This document shows positions 8,937-18,796 of a stretch of 43,246 nucleotides of DNA, piece after piece. The DNA lies in NCBI GenBank assembly GCA_040901675.1, contig JBBDYJ010000015.1, forward strand, positions 121,496 through 164,741. Reading direction: 5' to 3'. Every line of letters starts with the position of its first letter. Position 1 is the stretch's first letter. This DNA comes from Pirellulales bacterium. Lineage in GTDB: Bacteria > Planctomycetota > Planctomycetia > Pirellulales > JAICIG01. The notes below the pieces were generated by a model that saw nothing but the letters and a program-made list of their open reading frames with translations, had not been told where the DNA came from and searched no databases. The translations under genes and the position numbers were made by a program.

Positions 8937-10181
8937 TCAAACCTTCCCTACGATCAGCACCGAGTTGATGCCCAGCATGCCAAAGGAGTTGTTCAGGATG
9001 TACTTCGGCGGCGGAACCTGCCGAGTTTCGTTGGCCACCAGGCCCGGCAGGGCACACTCCGGATCGAGCCGATCCACGTTGATCGTGGGATGGCAGAGAC
9101 CGTCCTTGAACGCCGGCAGGTTGCCGGCCAACTCCAGCGCGCCGGCAGCCCCCATGGCGTGCCCGATGAAGCTCTTGGCATTGTTGAACATGGTTCGCGG
9201 GGCGCCGTCGAACACGCTCCGCAGCGCCGCGCACTCCTGGGTATCGCCCGACGACGTCCCGGTCGCGTGCGTGCTCACGATATCGACCTGGGCCGCCGCG
9301 ATGCCCGATCGCTTCAAGGCCCGCTGCATGCACTCGGCCTGCCGGTCGGGGTTGGGCAGCACGAAGTCGCTGGCGTCGCTGTTGATGTGGTAACCGGCAA
9401 TCTCGCCGTAGATCTGGGCTCCGCGGGCCCGGGCGTCGCTGAAGCGTTCCAGCACGTACATGCAGCCCCCCTCGGCCACCACGATGCCGTTGCGGTCCAA
9501 GTCGAAAGGCCGCGAAGCCTTGGCGGCCTCCGGGTGCGAGGCGAGCGCTCCCTGGCTCTTGAAACTGGCAAAGATGCCGAAGGTGCGGATGCTCTCGGAA
9601 ACTCCGCCCGCCAGCGCCAGGTCGACCTCTCCCAGCCGCAGCATCTGCACCCCCTGGATCACGCCGGCGTTGCCGGCCGCGCAGGCCGCCCCGATGGTGT
9701 AGTGCGGCCCGGTGATTCCCAGGTTCAGCGAGATCTCGCCGGCCGGATTGTTGGCCACGGTGCGAGGATTGTGGTGGTGCGACCAGAACTTGGTGTCGTA
9801 GTCGAAACCCTTGAGCTCGAAGATCTCGTTCTCGGTCTCGACGTTGCCATGCTCGGTGACGCCCACGTAGACGCCCACCTGGGCCTTGTCGAGGTTGGTC
9901 CAGTCGAGCCCGGCGTCGGCGATCGCCTCCCGCGCACAGTAAATCCCCACGCCGCCGGCGCGGGTGCCGCGGCGGACTTCCTTCTTCTTCTGGTGGCGCA
10001 GCTCGTCGAACGTGCACACACCGGCCAGGGTCTTGCCCACGTAGCGGATCTCGTAGGGCGTGACTCCGCTGCGGCCCTCCAGCAGGCTCTCGCGAAACTC
10101 GGCCAGCGAGTTGCCGTTGGGGGCGGTCAGGCCGATGCCGGTGATGACGATGCGCTGGGAGTCGCCGGGGCCGGCAACCAT
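8937..10181 (-). CDS. fabF: Beta-ketoacyl-ACP synthase (FabF/FabB-type)
   Basis: RIVITGIG, AACAAG (Cys), SRPFD..RNG, THATGT (His), KSFIGHAMGAAG (His), NNSFG. Confidence 0.93.
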   Translation of the reverse strand: MVAGPGDSQRIVITGIGLTAPNGNSLAEFRESLLEGRSGVTPYEIRYVGKTLAGVCTFDELRHQKKKEVRRGTRAGGVGIYCAREAIADAGLDWTNLDKAQVGVYVGVTEHGNVETENEIFELKGFDYDTKFWSHHHNPRTVANNPAGEISLNLGITGPHYTIGAACAAGNAGVIQGVQMLRLGEVDLALAGGVSESIRTFGIFASFKSQGALASHPEAAKASRPFDLDRNGIVVAEGGCMYVLERFSDARARGAQIYGEIAGYHINSDASDFVLPNPDRQAECMQRALKRSGIAAAQVDIVSTHATGTSSGDTQECAALRSVFDGAPRTMFNNAKSFIGHAMGAAGALELAGNLPAFKDGLCHPTINVDRLDPECALPGLVANETRQVPPPKYILNNSFGMLGINSVLIVGKV

Positions 10182-10399
10182 GGGGCCTTCCTTGCAGAAC
10201 TGCTGAAAGTATCGAAGGTACCGCTAAAAGCGTGCCTTGGCAAGCGGCGGAGCGAACGGGGCAAGGGCGGAAGAGGGGGATCCACGGCCTGCAAGGCAGA
10301 TAGACCCCGGAGCCGAGGACCGTAAACAAAAAGGCCAGAGACGGCCAGGCATGGCCCGGCCGCCTCTGGCGGACTGCGGTCTCAAGGAACTACCGGCGT

Positions 10400-10945
10400 T
10401 TACCAGTAGTATCGCGAACCGGGCCGTTGCCCGGTCCCGTTGCGATAGCCGTAGCGCGGGTTGCCGTAGCGCGAGTTGCCGTAATATGGCGGGCGGCGAT
10501 AGTTGCCGTGGTATCCGCCCCACTGCGGCGGCGAACGCCGGCTATCGTCCCAATCGCGCCGATCACGGTCCCGGTCGCGGTGATCGCGGTCACGCCGATC
10601 GCGGTCCCAGTCCCGGTGATCGCCGTGTTCGCGGTGCCAGTCCCGGTGATCGCCGTGCCAGTCCCGATGATCGCGGTCCCGGCCGCCGTGATGGCGATCA
10701 TGCCCATCGTGCTTCCCATCGTGCTTCCCATGGTGCTTCCCATGGTCTTTTCCATGGTGCTTCCCATGGTCTTTCCCATGGTGCTTCCCATGGTGCTTCC
10801 CATGGTGTCCACCGCCGTGGCGCTCACCGTGGCGGTGGCGGTCTCGGTCGCGTCCGTCGCGGTGGTCGTCGTCGGCTTGGACTACGACCGGGCCGGCAAA
10901 TAGAACCATTGCCGTGAGTGCAGCGGCTAAACCGAGTGTCTTCAT
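10400..10945 (-). CDS. Secreted His/Asp/Arg-rich low-complexity protein
   Basis: GGGGAGAG RBS; signal peptide MKTLGL...VVVQA; (H[HD]GK)n and RDWH repeats; Tyr/Gly-rich tail. Confidence 0.75.
   Translation of the reverse strand: MKTLGLAAALTAMVLFAGPVVVQADDDHRDGRDRDRHRHGERHGGGHHGKHHGKHHGKDHGKHHGKDHGKHHGKHDGKHDGHDRHHGGRDRDHRDWHGDHRDWHREHGDHRDWDRDRRDRDHRDRDRDRRDWDDSRRSPPQWGGYHGNYRRPPYYGNSRYGNPRYGYRNGTGQRPGSRYYW
10703..10807. repeat. Coding tandem repeat, ~8.7 x 12 bp (CCCATGGTGCTT)
   Basis: Near-identical 12-mers encoding KHHG/KDHG/KHDG on the minus strand. Confidence 0.9.
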
Positions 10946-11173
10946 AACAACTCTCCCCTGTTGGAGTGCGTCATGGCCGTCCCGATGGACGGCCTGCCGG
11001 CATGCCAATAACGCAGCAGGCATGCCGCGGCGGCCGGATTGCGGAACCAGCACGGTTTACGGCGAAAAAAGTGGGGCTGGCGCGGATTTGACGCTTCGAC
11101 GCTTGCCCGCCGGCGCATTCAAGATGACGGCAGCCGGCGGTCATTCTGACTGCCGGCCCATGATGCGAAACAG

Positions 11174-12616
11174 CTACAGCGCCAGCAGATCCTTGTGGGC
11201 CGGGCCATCCGCCGCCGGCGAGATCAGCTCGATCGAATGGGGAGCCAACAGCGACAAGAGCGGCGTGGTGGCCACGGTCGTGACCAGGGCCATCAGGACC
11301 AGCATCGCGAACAGCGTGGGCGAAATGACCTTCAAATCCAGCCCGATGTTCAACACGATCAGCTCCATCAGCCCCCGCGTATTCATCAGCACGCCCAAGG
11401 CGGAACCGTCGCGCCAGCCCAGTCCGGTCAGCCGTGCGGCGGCCAGGGTACCGCCGAACTTGCCCGCCGTGGCCACCAGGATGATCAGCCCGCACAGCAG
11501 CCACTGGTCGAGCCCCGACACCAGGCCGATCTGGGTCCGCATCCCCGTCAGGGCGAAAAAGGCAGGCAAGAGCAGCACGGTGACCAGTTCTTCCAGCTTG
11601 TGGGTGAAGGTCCTGGCCAGGGCGGAGTCGTGCGGGATGATCGCCCCCAGCAGAAACGCGCCGAAGATGGCATGAATGCCGATCCATTCGGTGGCCGCCG
11701 CCGACGCCAGGACTCCCACGAACACCAGCGCGGCCACGTTGGCGCTGAAGGGCCTGGCATCGAGCCGCCGCACCAGTCTGGCCAGCAGGGGCCGCAGTGC
11801 CAGGAACATGAATGCCACGTAGGCCAACGTCATCGCCAGGACGATCAGGCCGCTGTCGGCCTTGGCCTGGGCGACTCCCACGACGAAGGCCAGCAGACAC
11901 CAGGCGGTCACGTCGTCGATGGCCGCGCAGGCCAGGGCCAGCACGCCGAGCTGAGTCTTATCGATCCGCCGGTCGGTCAGGATGCGGGCCAGCACCGGAA
12001 AGGCGGTGACGGACATCGAAACGCCCAGGAACAGGGCGAAGCTGGTGAACGGCACATCGCTGCTGGAAAGCCTCGGGTAGAGCAGCAAGGCCAGCAGGGC
12101 CCCCAGCAGGAATGGCGTCACGATGCTGGCATGCGAGATGGCGACCGTGCTGTGGGCCCGCTTGTTGAGCAGACCCAGGTTCAAATCGAGCCCGACCAGG
12201 AACATATAGAGGATGACCCCGAGTTGAGCCACGATCCCCAAGAGCGGCGCCGCTGACGGGGGGAGGAGGAACTGCGACGCCTCCGGCGCAAGCTGCCCCA
12301 ACAGCGATGGTCCCAACATGATGCCGGCCACGACCTCGCCGATCACCGGAGGCTGCCTGAACACCTTAAAGACTTTGCCCAGCAAGCGGCCCGCCACGAT
12401 GACCGCGGCCAGCGCGATCAGGACGTGCATCAGACCATGGTCGTCGTTGAGGACGCCGGCTGCTGGATCAGCATCGCCGGGGGCGGCCGCCGGGAGCTGT
12501 TCGCCGAACTGGCGAATGGTCAAGAACAGCGCGACCGCGGCGACGATCATCAAGGGGTAGGCCAGCCAACTCCAGGATCTTCTTCCTTCGGCGGCTGGGG
12601 GGGAAGGCTCGACCAT
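11174..12616 (-). CDS. Cation:proton antiporter (CPA2 family)
   Basis: QPPVIGEVVAGIMLGPS, SVTAFPVLARIL, AAIDD, GKFGG, LMNTRGL; many TM segments; start taken at MVEPS. Confidence 0.92.
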   Translation of the reverse strand: MVEPSPPAAEGRRSWSWLAYPLMIVAAVALFLTIRQFGEQLPAAAPGDADPAAGVLNDDHGLMHVLIALAAVIVAGRLLGKVFKVFRQPPVIGEVVAGIMLGPSLLGQLAPEASQFLLPPSAAPLLGIVAQLGVILYMFLVGLDLNLGLLNKRAHSTVAISHASIVTPFLLGALLALLLYPRLSSSDVPFTSFALFLGVSMSVTAFPVLARILTDRRIDKTQLGVLALACAAIDDVTAWCLLAFVVGVAQAKADSGLIVLAMTLAYVAFMFLALRPLLARLVRRLDARPFSANVAALVFVGVLASAAATEWIGIHAIFGAFLLGAIIPHDSALARTFTHKLEELVTVLLLPAFFALTGMRTQIGLVSGLDQWLLCGLIILVATAGKFGGTLAAARLTGLGWRDGSALGVLMNTRGLMELIVLNIGLDLKVISPTLFAMLVLMALVTTVATTPLLSLLAPHSIELISPAADGPAHKDLLAL

Positions 12617-12732
12617 ACCCGGCAAACATAGCTTGCGGCGACCGAAAGACAAAACGGCCGCTTGACCCGCTTTGCGGCTCCAGCCGACAATTGTGGCCGG
12701 GCAAACTTGGTTGCCGACCGGCAAGGAGCCTC

Positions 12733-13266
12733 ATGGAACGGTCGAAACTGGTAAAAGTGCTCAAAGCGCTGTCGTTCGCCGCTCGCGAGCATCAAGGCCA
12801 GTTCCGCAAGGACGGCCGAACGCCCTACTTCGCCCACGTGACGAGGGTCATGACGATCGCGGCGGCCTTCGGCGTGGACGATGCCGAGGTGCTCATGGCG
12901 GCCGTCTTGCACGACACGATCGAAGACACCCAGGTCGACCGGGACGAGCTGATCGAGGAGTTCGGCGAGCGCGTGGCGGCCTGGGTGGCCGCACTGTCCA
13001 AGGACAAGCGGCTGCCCGAGGAAGAGCGCGAACGGCTTTACTTCGATGTTCTGGCCCGGGCGCCGGTCGAGGTGAAGTTGTGCAAGCTGGCCGATACGAT
13101 CGACAACCTGATCGACTGCGAAGGGCTGTCCAAGCACGAGCGCCACAAGAAGCTCGACAAGGCCAGAGAACTGGTGGAGATTTTCACGCCGGGGTTTCCC
13201 GAACGGTGGAAGCATGCCCTCGACCTGACCCGAGAGCAGATCCGCGCTACGGAGCAGGCGCCTTGA
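12733..13266 (+). CDS. Stand-alone RelA/SpoT-type HD-domain hydrolase (small alarmone hydrolase / Mesh1-like)
   Basis: HQGQFRKDGRTPYFAH, LHDTIED, KLAD..DN; AAGGAG RBS. Confidence 0.88.
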   Translation: MERSKLVKVLKALSFAAREHQGQFRKDGRTPYFAHVTRVMTIAAAFGVDDAEVLMAAVLHDTIEDTQVDRDELIEEFGERVAAWVAALSKDKRLPEEERERLYFDVLARAPVEVKLCKLADTIDNLIDCEGLSKHERHKKLDKARELVEIFTPGFPERWKHALDLTREQIRATEQAP

Positions 13267-13493
13267 GCGTGACGGCGGGGCCAGTATTGGTCGCGACCGA
13301 TTCTTCAAAATGATTGGAGGTGGATCACCTACAATGTGATCCGTGGCGGCAAGCGGCTCGACTTGCCCATGGTGCTGGCCGATCGCAACTGGGACTGACC
13401 AATGAACATTGTCTGGGGTGAAGAGTTTCCCTGCGAAGCGTGTGCGAGGTGAGAGCGGTCGGCTTCTATTCAATTCGATGTGAGCAGGGTCCC

Positions 13494-13997
13494 ATGCGTG
13501 TCCCGCCAAGAGATTGCCTGTGGCTTGTTCTGGCGCTGTCGTGCTCTGCCATCGGCGCTTGCCGCGACGCGGGCGACCCCGCGGAGGTTGGCAAGCCGGT
13601 GAGCGCAACCGAGCCGGCCAAGGCAACTGAGCCGGCCAAGGCAACTGAGCCGGCGGATGCAGCCGAGCCGGGCAAAGCGGACGGGGCAGTGGCCGAGCCG
13701 GGCAAAGCAGTGGCCGAGCCGGCCGAACCCGGCGCTACCAGGGAGATGCGGGAGATCCTCAAGCCGCGGCGGTTCACGACCCGCCAGGCACTGATCTGGA
13801 TTGTGCTGCTCGTCTTTCTTATGTGCGGCGCTTTCCTGCTGATCGTGTTATTGCACGCCCGGTATTACACGCCTCGGCTGACCCGACGGGAGTTCCACAC
13901 CGAGGTGCCGCGGCCCGGCCAGCCGGAGCGCTCGCCCCACTGGAATCCCCGCATCGACCCCGATCGCCCGCTGGACGACGCCGATTTTCCGGTTTGA
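13494..13997 (+). CDS. Hypothetical membrane-anchored protein / possible lipoprotein with Ala-Glu-Pro repeats
   Basis: Hydrophobic N-terminus with Cys (IGAC); 18-bp ATEPAK repeats; one TM helix near the C-terminus. Confidence 0.6.
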   Translation: MRVPPRDCLWLVLALSCSAIGACRDAGDPAEVGKPVSATEPAKATEPAKATEPADAAEPGKADGAVAEPGKAVAEPAEPGATREMREILKPRRFTTRQALIWIVLLVFLMCGAFLLIVLLHARYYTPRLTRREFHTEVPRPGQPERSPHWNPRIDPDRPLDDADFPV

Positions 13998-14051
13998 TCC
14001 TTTTCCGGCGAGTCGCTCACTCACTTTCGCCGGACAACTTCCCCGTTTCCA

Positions 14052-14099
14052 ATGGTGAAACACGTTGGCATCAACGCGAGACCAGTCGTGAACCGGCAT
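14052..14099 (-). pseudogene. 5' remnant of a DUF4058-family gene
   Basis: MPVHDWSRVDANVFHH matches the recalled planctomycete DUF4058 N-terminus; similarity stops after 16 codons. Confidence 0.55.
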
Positions 14100-14348
14100 G
14101 ACCCGTGTCTCCCAGCGGTATCGGCGAGCGTCTTCTGCTTCACACTCAATGTGAATTCTATATCAAGCACTGCCGGCCGAACATGATGCAGGGCGGTCAG
14201 TGTCCTGTGTTTTCACTTCCACGGGCGGTCAAACGCGACTTGTCTCAACGGGATTGTGGCTGCCCGCTGCTTGAGAAACAACCGGCATCCTGGTTTTCTC
14301 CGGCGACCTGCTGGCACGCCCTGCTCGTCGCTGCATACAATCGCCATC

Positions 14349-15410
14349 ATGGCAAACAAGCTGATCCGCCTCGGCATCGTCGGGCTGGGTGGCAACTGCC
14401 GCGTGCGGCACGTGCCGGGGCTGGCGGCCTGCGCCGACGTGCAAATCGCCGCGGTGTGCAACCGGCGCCCCGAATCGACCTTGGCGGCGGCGGCGGAATT
14501 CAACATACCCAAGACGTACGACCGCTGGGACGACCTGGTGGCCGATCCGGACCTGGATGCGGTGTTGATCGGCACCTGGCCCTACCTGCACTGCCCCATC
14601 ACGCTGGCCGCCCTCGATGCGGGCAAGCACGTGCTCGTGGAGGCCCGCATGGCCATGAACGCCAGGGAAGCCCGCGCGATGCTGGCCGCCAGCCAGGCCC
14701 ATCCGGAGCTGGTCTCGCGGATCGTTCCCAGCCCGTTTGGACTGCGGGCCGACCGCGTGGTGAGGCAACGGATCGACTCCGGCTACCTCGGCGAACTGCG
14801 CGAGGTGGTGGTCCTGGGCGCGAGCGACGTGCTGGCCGACCGCCAGGCGCCGCTCTCGTGGCGGCAGGTGAGCACGTTCAGCGGCTTGAACATGCTCACG
14901 CTGGGCATTCTGCACGAGACGTTGATTCGCTGGGTCGCGGATCCGGTGAGCGTGCTGGCCCAGGTCCATGCCTTCACCACCGAACGGCTCGATCCGGTCA
15001 CCGGAATGCCGGTTCGCGTCGGCACGCCCGACAGCGTGCAGGTGCTCACCGTGCTCCAGCGCGGAGCGCGGGGCATTTATCACGTGAGCGGCGTCACCCG
15101 CTTTGGACCCGGCAGCCAGATCCACTTGTACGGCAGCGAAGGAACGCTCAAGTACGAGCTGGCGCCCGACGACCGGCTCACCGGCGCGCGGCGCGGCGAG
15201 AGCCAGCTCCGTGAGATTCCCGTGCCGCCCGAGCAGCAGTACGGCTGGCACGTGGAAGAGGAGTTCGTCGCGGCGATCCGTGGCGGGCGGCAAGTGGGAT
15301 TCACCGACTTCGCCACGGGTGTGCGCTACATGGAGTTCACCGAAGCCGTGGCCCGCAGCGCCGCCAGCGGACAGGTGGTCGAATTGCCGCTCGCCGAAAC
15401 GTCAACCTGA
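14349..15410 (+). CDS. Gfo/Idh/MocA family oxidoreductase
   Basis: IRLGIVGLG, DLDAVLIGT..H, GKHVLVEARM (variant of EKP), YGSEG. Confidence 0.9.
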   Translation: MANKLIRLGIVGLGGNCRVRHVPGLAACADVQIAAVCNRRPESTLAAAAEFNIPKTYDRWDDLVADPDLDAVLIGTWPYLHCPITLAALDAGKHVLVEARMAMNAREARAMLAASQAHPELVSRIVPSPFGLRADRVVRQRIDSGYLGELREVVVLGASDVLADRQAPLSWRQVSTFSGLNMLTLGILHETLIRWVADPVSVLAQVHAFTTERLDPVTGMPVRVGTPDSVQVLTVLQRGARGIYHVSGVTRFGPGSQIHLYGSEGTLKYELAPDDRLTGARRGESQLREIPVPPEQQYGWHVEEEFVAAIRGGRQVGFTDFATGVRYMEFTEAVARSAASGQVVELPLAETST

Positions 15411-15452
15411 CAGCCGACGGGAAACCGAAACACAAAGCCTGGAGACTCAGCG

Positions 15453-17501
15453 ATGACACGATGCCTCTGTTCCGCGATTATCCTGTTCCTGCTGGTGCTC
15501 GGCGGTATGACCGTGTCTGCCCTCCCTGCACTCGCGCAGCCCTACGGCCAACCGGACCACGAATCGCCCGGCGACGCGATGATCCAGGCGTATCTGCAGC
15601 GAGAGACCGAAAAAATCTCCTCGCGCTTCGCCGGCGACGTCGAGTCGCTCGAAGCCTGGCAGGCTCAGCGGCCCCAGCGCGTCGAGGAATACTACTACAT
15701 GCTCGGCCTTGAGCCGCGGCCCGAAAAGACTCCGCTGGAGGCCACCGTGACCGGCACCTTCGAGGGCGACGGCTTCGTCGTGGACATGCTGCACTATCAG
15801 AGCCGGCCGCGGCTCTACGTGACCGGCAACCTCTATCGCCCGGCCGTCGTCGAGGAAGGGAAAAAGCTGCCGGCCGTGTTCTACGTGTGCGGCCACTCCG
15901 GCCGCGGACGCAACGGCAACAAGGTGGCGTATCAGTCGCACGGCATCTGGTTTGCCCGGCACGGCTACATCTGCCTGGTGGTCGACACGCTGCAACTCGG
16001 AGAGATCGCCGCCTTTCATCACGGTACCTACAACCTCGAGCGCTGGTGGTGGCACGCGCGCGGCTATACGCCGGCGGGGGTGGAGGCGTGGAACGGCGTC
16101 CGAGGGATCGATTACCTTGTGAGCCGCGGCGACGTCGATCCGGAGCGGATCGCCGTCACGGGGATCAGCGGCGGCGGGGCGGCCACGTTCTGGGTCGCAG
16201 CGGCCGACGAACGCGTCAAGGTGGCCGTTCCCGTCAGCGGCATGGCCGACCTTGAGTCGTATGTGCCCAACCGGGTGATCAACGGCCACTGCGACTGCAT
16301 GTTCCTCTACAACACCTTCCGGTGGCCCTGGACGCGGATTGCGGGGCTCGTCGCGCCGCGTCCCATGCTGTTTGTGAACAGCGACCAGGACCCCATCTTT
16401 CCCATGGACGCCAACGAGCGGATCGTCAACCGGCTCGAGCGGCTCTACAGCCTGTACGGAGCGGGCGATCGGGTGGACGCCGTCGTGAGTGTCGGCGGTC
16501 ACGCCTATCGGCAGGACATCCGTCAGGCGGCGTTCCGTTTCATCAACTCCCATCTGACGGGCAACCCCCAGGCCGTCACGGACAGCGAGGTCGACGTCGT
16601 CAGCGAGGGGAGCAGGCCGGGGCCGTATCCGATTCCGCCCGAAACGCTCCGCGTGTTTCCCACGGACGCCGATCTTCCCGCAGACCAGCTCAACACGACG
16701 GCCGACGAGTTCTTCGTCCCGATGGCGCAGGTCGCGGCCGCCGAGGCGGGCCAATACGACTCCTGGAAGCGTCCGCTGGTCGATGAGCTGCGGCGGGTCA
16801 GCTTTGGTTATTTTCCGGAGTCGATTCCGGCGGCGCAAAAGCTCGGCGACGTGGACGCGGAGACCGAGCGCGTGCAGTCCGAGGAGGGAATCGAAGTCCA
16901 CTTGCGATATGCCTCGCCAATTCCAAAAGCCGCTGACGGCGCCAAGAGCGTGCTGCTCGTCGTGCTCGCCGAGGACGAGGCCGGCACGGCACCCGATTGG
17001 CTAAGCGCCGTCGCCGCGGACGGCCAGGCAGTGGTTTTCTGCGAGCCGCGCGGAATCGGCGCAACAAAATGGACCACAAAAAACCCGCCCAACTACGTCG
17101 AGCGATGCCACGTCCTCTTGGGCCGCACGGTCGACGCGGGACGCGTGTGGGACGTGATCGCCGCGGCCAAGTACCTGCCTGCCAGTTCGCCGTTCGAGGA
17201 CCAGGGGGCACCGCCATCGGTCCACGTGGCCGGTCGAGGAGCGGCCGGCCTGATCGCCGCCTACGCCGCCGTCCTGGACGATTCGATTGCCGGTGTGACG
17301 CTGGTGTCGCCGCCGGCCACCCACATGGACTCAAGCGCGCCCGAGCTGCTCAACGTGCTGCGCGTCTGCGACGTGCCCGGCGCCCTGGGCCTCGTTGCTA
17401 CGCGGCCGCTGACGCTCATCGGCTCCTCCGCCGATCAATTTGCGGGCACGAGCGCCGCCTACGAGGCCGCGGGGATGAAAGAGCAACTCTCGTTCAAGTA
17501 A
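15453..17501 (+). CDS. Secreted alpha/beta hydrolase (acetyl xylan esterase-like)
   Basis: Signal peptide; LYVTGNLYRP; VCGH; DPERIAVTGISGGG (GxSxG); second degenerate hydrolase half; GGAG RBS. Confidence 0.87.
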   Translation: MTRCLCSAIILFLLVLGGMTVSALPALAQPYGQPDHESPGDAMIQAYLQRETEKISSRFAGDVESLEAWQAQRPQRVEEYYYMLGLEPRPEKTPLEATVTGTFEGDGFVVDMLHYQSRPRLYVTGNLYRPAVVEEGKKLPAVFYVCGHSGRGRNGNKVAYQSHGIWFARHGYICLVVDTLQLGEIAAFHHGTYNLERWWWHARGYTPAGVEAWNGVRGIDYLVSRGDVDPERIAVTGISGGGAATFWVAAADERVKVAVPVSGMADLESYVPNRVINGHCDCMFLYNTFRWPWTRIAGLVAPRPMLFVNSDQDPIFPMDANERIVNRLERLYSLYGAGDRVDAVVSVGGHAYRQDIRQAAFRFINSHLTGNPQAVTDSEVDVVSEGSRPGPYPIPPETLRVFPTDADLPADQLNTTADEFFVPMAQVAAAEAGQYDSWKRPLVDELRRVSFGYFPESIPAAQKLGDVDAETERVQSEEGIEVHLRYASPIPKAADGAKSVLLVVLAEDEAGTAPDWLSAVAADGQAVVFCEPRGIGATKWTTKNPPNYVERCHVLLGRTVDAGRVWDVIAAAKYLPASSPFEDQGAPPSVHVAGRGAAGLIAAYAAVLDDSIAGVTLVSPPATHMDSSAPELLNVLRVCDVPGALGLVATRPLTLIGSSADQFAGTSAAYEAAGMKEQLSFK

Positions 17502-17608
17502 CTTCGCCGAGGTCCATCACACGTTTGATTGCGGAAAACGCAAGGGTACGGAGGTCAAGCAGTACTCCATCCGTGCCAGGGGCCAGCATTAATTGGACTT
17601 ATCCGATC

Positions 17609-18649
17609 TTATCCCGACTTGTCCCCTTGTTTTGCGCTGAACCGAAGCGGGCACGCCGAGGCATAGGGATGCAGTATTCCGGCATCCGGTAACGCGGATT
17701 CCAATCGCCGCACGCCGTTTTCCGTCGTGTTTGTCTCGGAAAGGCCAAGCGTGTGCACCCGCTTCAACGATCCGAGGCTGGCAAGCCCCTCGTCCGTAAT
17801 GAGGGTGCCGGAAAGGTTCAGTGCTCTAAGGCCGGTTAGCCGCCCTAGATATTCCGCCCCGAGGTCCGTAATTGGGGTGTTTTCCAAATCGATACATTCG
17901 AGACCGGGAAGCTCTGTCAGTACGCGTACGCCCTCGTCGTCGACGCCAGTGTCACAGAGTCTTAACTCCCTCAGACGCCTGAGGCGCATCAACGCGTGCA
18001 TGCCGCGGCCCGTGACTGGCGTCCGGGCCAGGGAAAGTATCTCGGCGCTCGGGCAATCTGCCAGCCAACCCAGGCTGGAATCGCCAACATTCGTTTCAAT
18101 CAGGTTCAAGCACTTCAGGCGGCGGAGCTGCGCCAGTCTATCCAGACCACTGCCACAAATTACGGGGCCGCTGACTCTCAGCAATTCCAGACACGGCATT
18201 TGATCAAGGATCGCGAGACACGCGTCCGTGATGCGCTTGCTTTCGAGGCCTAGTTGTTTCAGGTTCACCAGATCCTTGAGGTGCTCAATTCCTTCATCGG
18301 TAATGCCGTCATCCCAAAGAAACAACGAAGAGAGTTGATGCAGCGAGCCCAAAAATCGTAGTGAGTCATTCGAGATCTCGGCATACGTGAGCCGAACGGT
18401 GCTGAGCGAAGGCAAGTCAGACAAGCATTCCAGGCCGGCGGAAGCCTTGAAGTCGAAGCTGACGGCGGTTACGTGCGAGACCCACCCGGCCGTCAGACGC
18501 TTGGGCAACCTGTTCGCTAGGCTGTCGTCTGGAAAGGAAATGTCGCCGGACCAATCAAACTCATAGGCATGATCGTATGACAGCCGTGCGCCGTGGGCAG
18601 TGAGCCGCTGAATTGCTTGCCGCTCCCTTAATACGCGGAAAAGGCCCAT
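17609..18649 (-). CDS. Leucine-rich repeat protein (N-terminus possibly truncated)
   Basis: About ten 24-aa LxxLxLxxTxITDxG repeats; visibly lower GC than neighbours. Confidence 0.85.
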   Translation of the reverse strand: MGLFRVLRERQAIQRLTAHGARLSYDHAYEFDWSGDISFPDDSLANRLPKRLTAGWVSHVTAVSFDFKASAGLECLSDLPSLSTVRLTYAEISNDSLRFLGSLHQLSSLFLWDDGITDEGIEHLKDLVNLKQLGLESKRITDACLAILDQMPCLELLRVSGPVICGSGLDRLAQLRRLKCLNLIETNVGDSSLGWLADCPSAEILSLARTPVTGRGMHALMRLRRLRELRLCDTGVDDEGVRVLTELPGLECIDLENTPITDLGAEYLGRLTGLRALNLSGTLITDEGLASLGSLKRVHTLGLSETNTTENGVRRLESALPDAGILHPYASACPLRFSAKQGDKSG

Positions 18650-18796
18650 CTGCTGCTCTCGCGCAAATATGCCACCCTGTTTCGCATACCGAGAACCGAT
18701 TGCAGCCAGCGGTTAGGGCTGGAGCACACCATTCTAAGCCGCTCGTTCGCTTTATGCCACGAATCGGCGAGGAAGGCCTTGCTTGCTGATGCGCTA

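Noticed and set aside
4392..10181. Ladderane or aryl-polyene cluster as a firm call
   Set aside because: No radical SAM, methyltransferase, chain-length factor or second KS in the window; the resemblance is only partial
10390..10903. Alternative-frame ORFs over the His-rich gene (MGST and PMVL repeats)
   Set aside because: Products of the 12-bp repeat; only the His frame has both an RBS and a signal peptide
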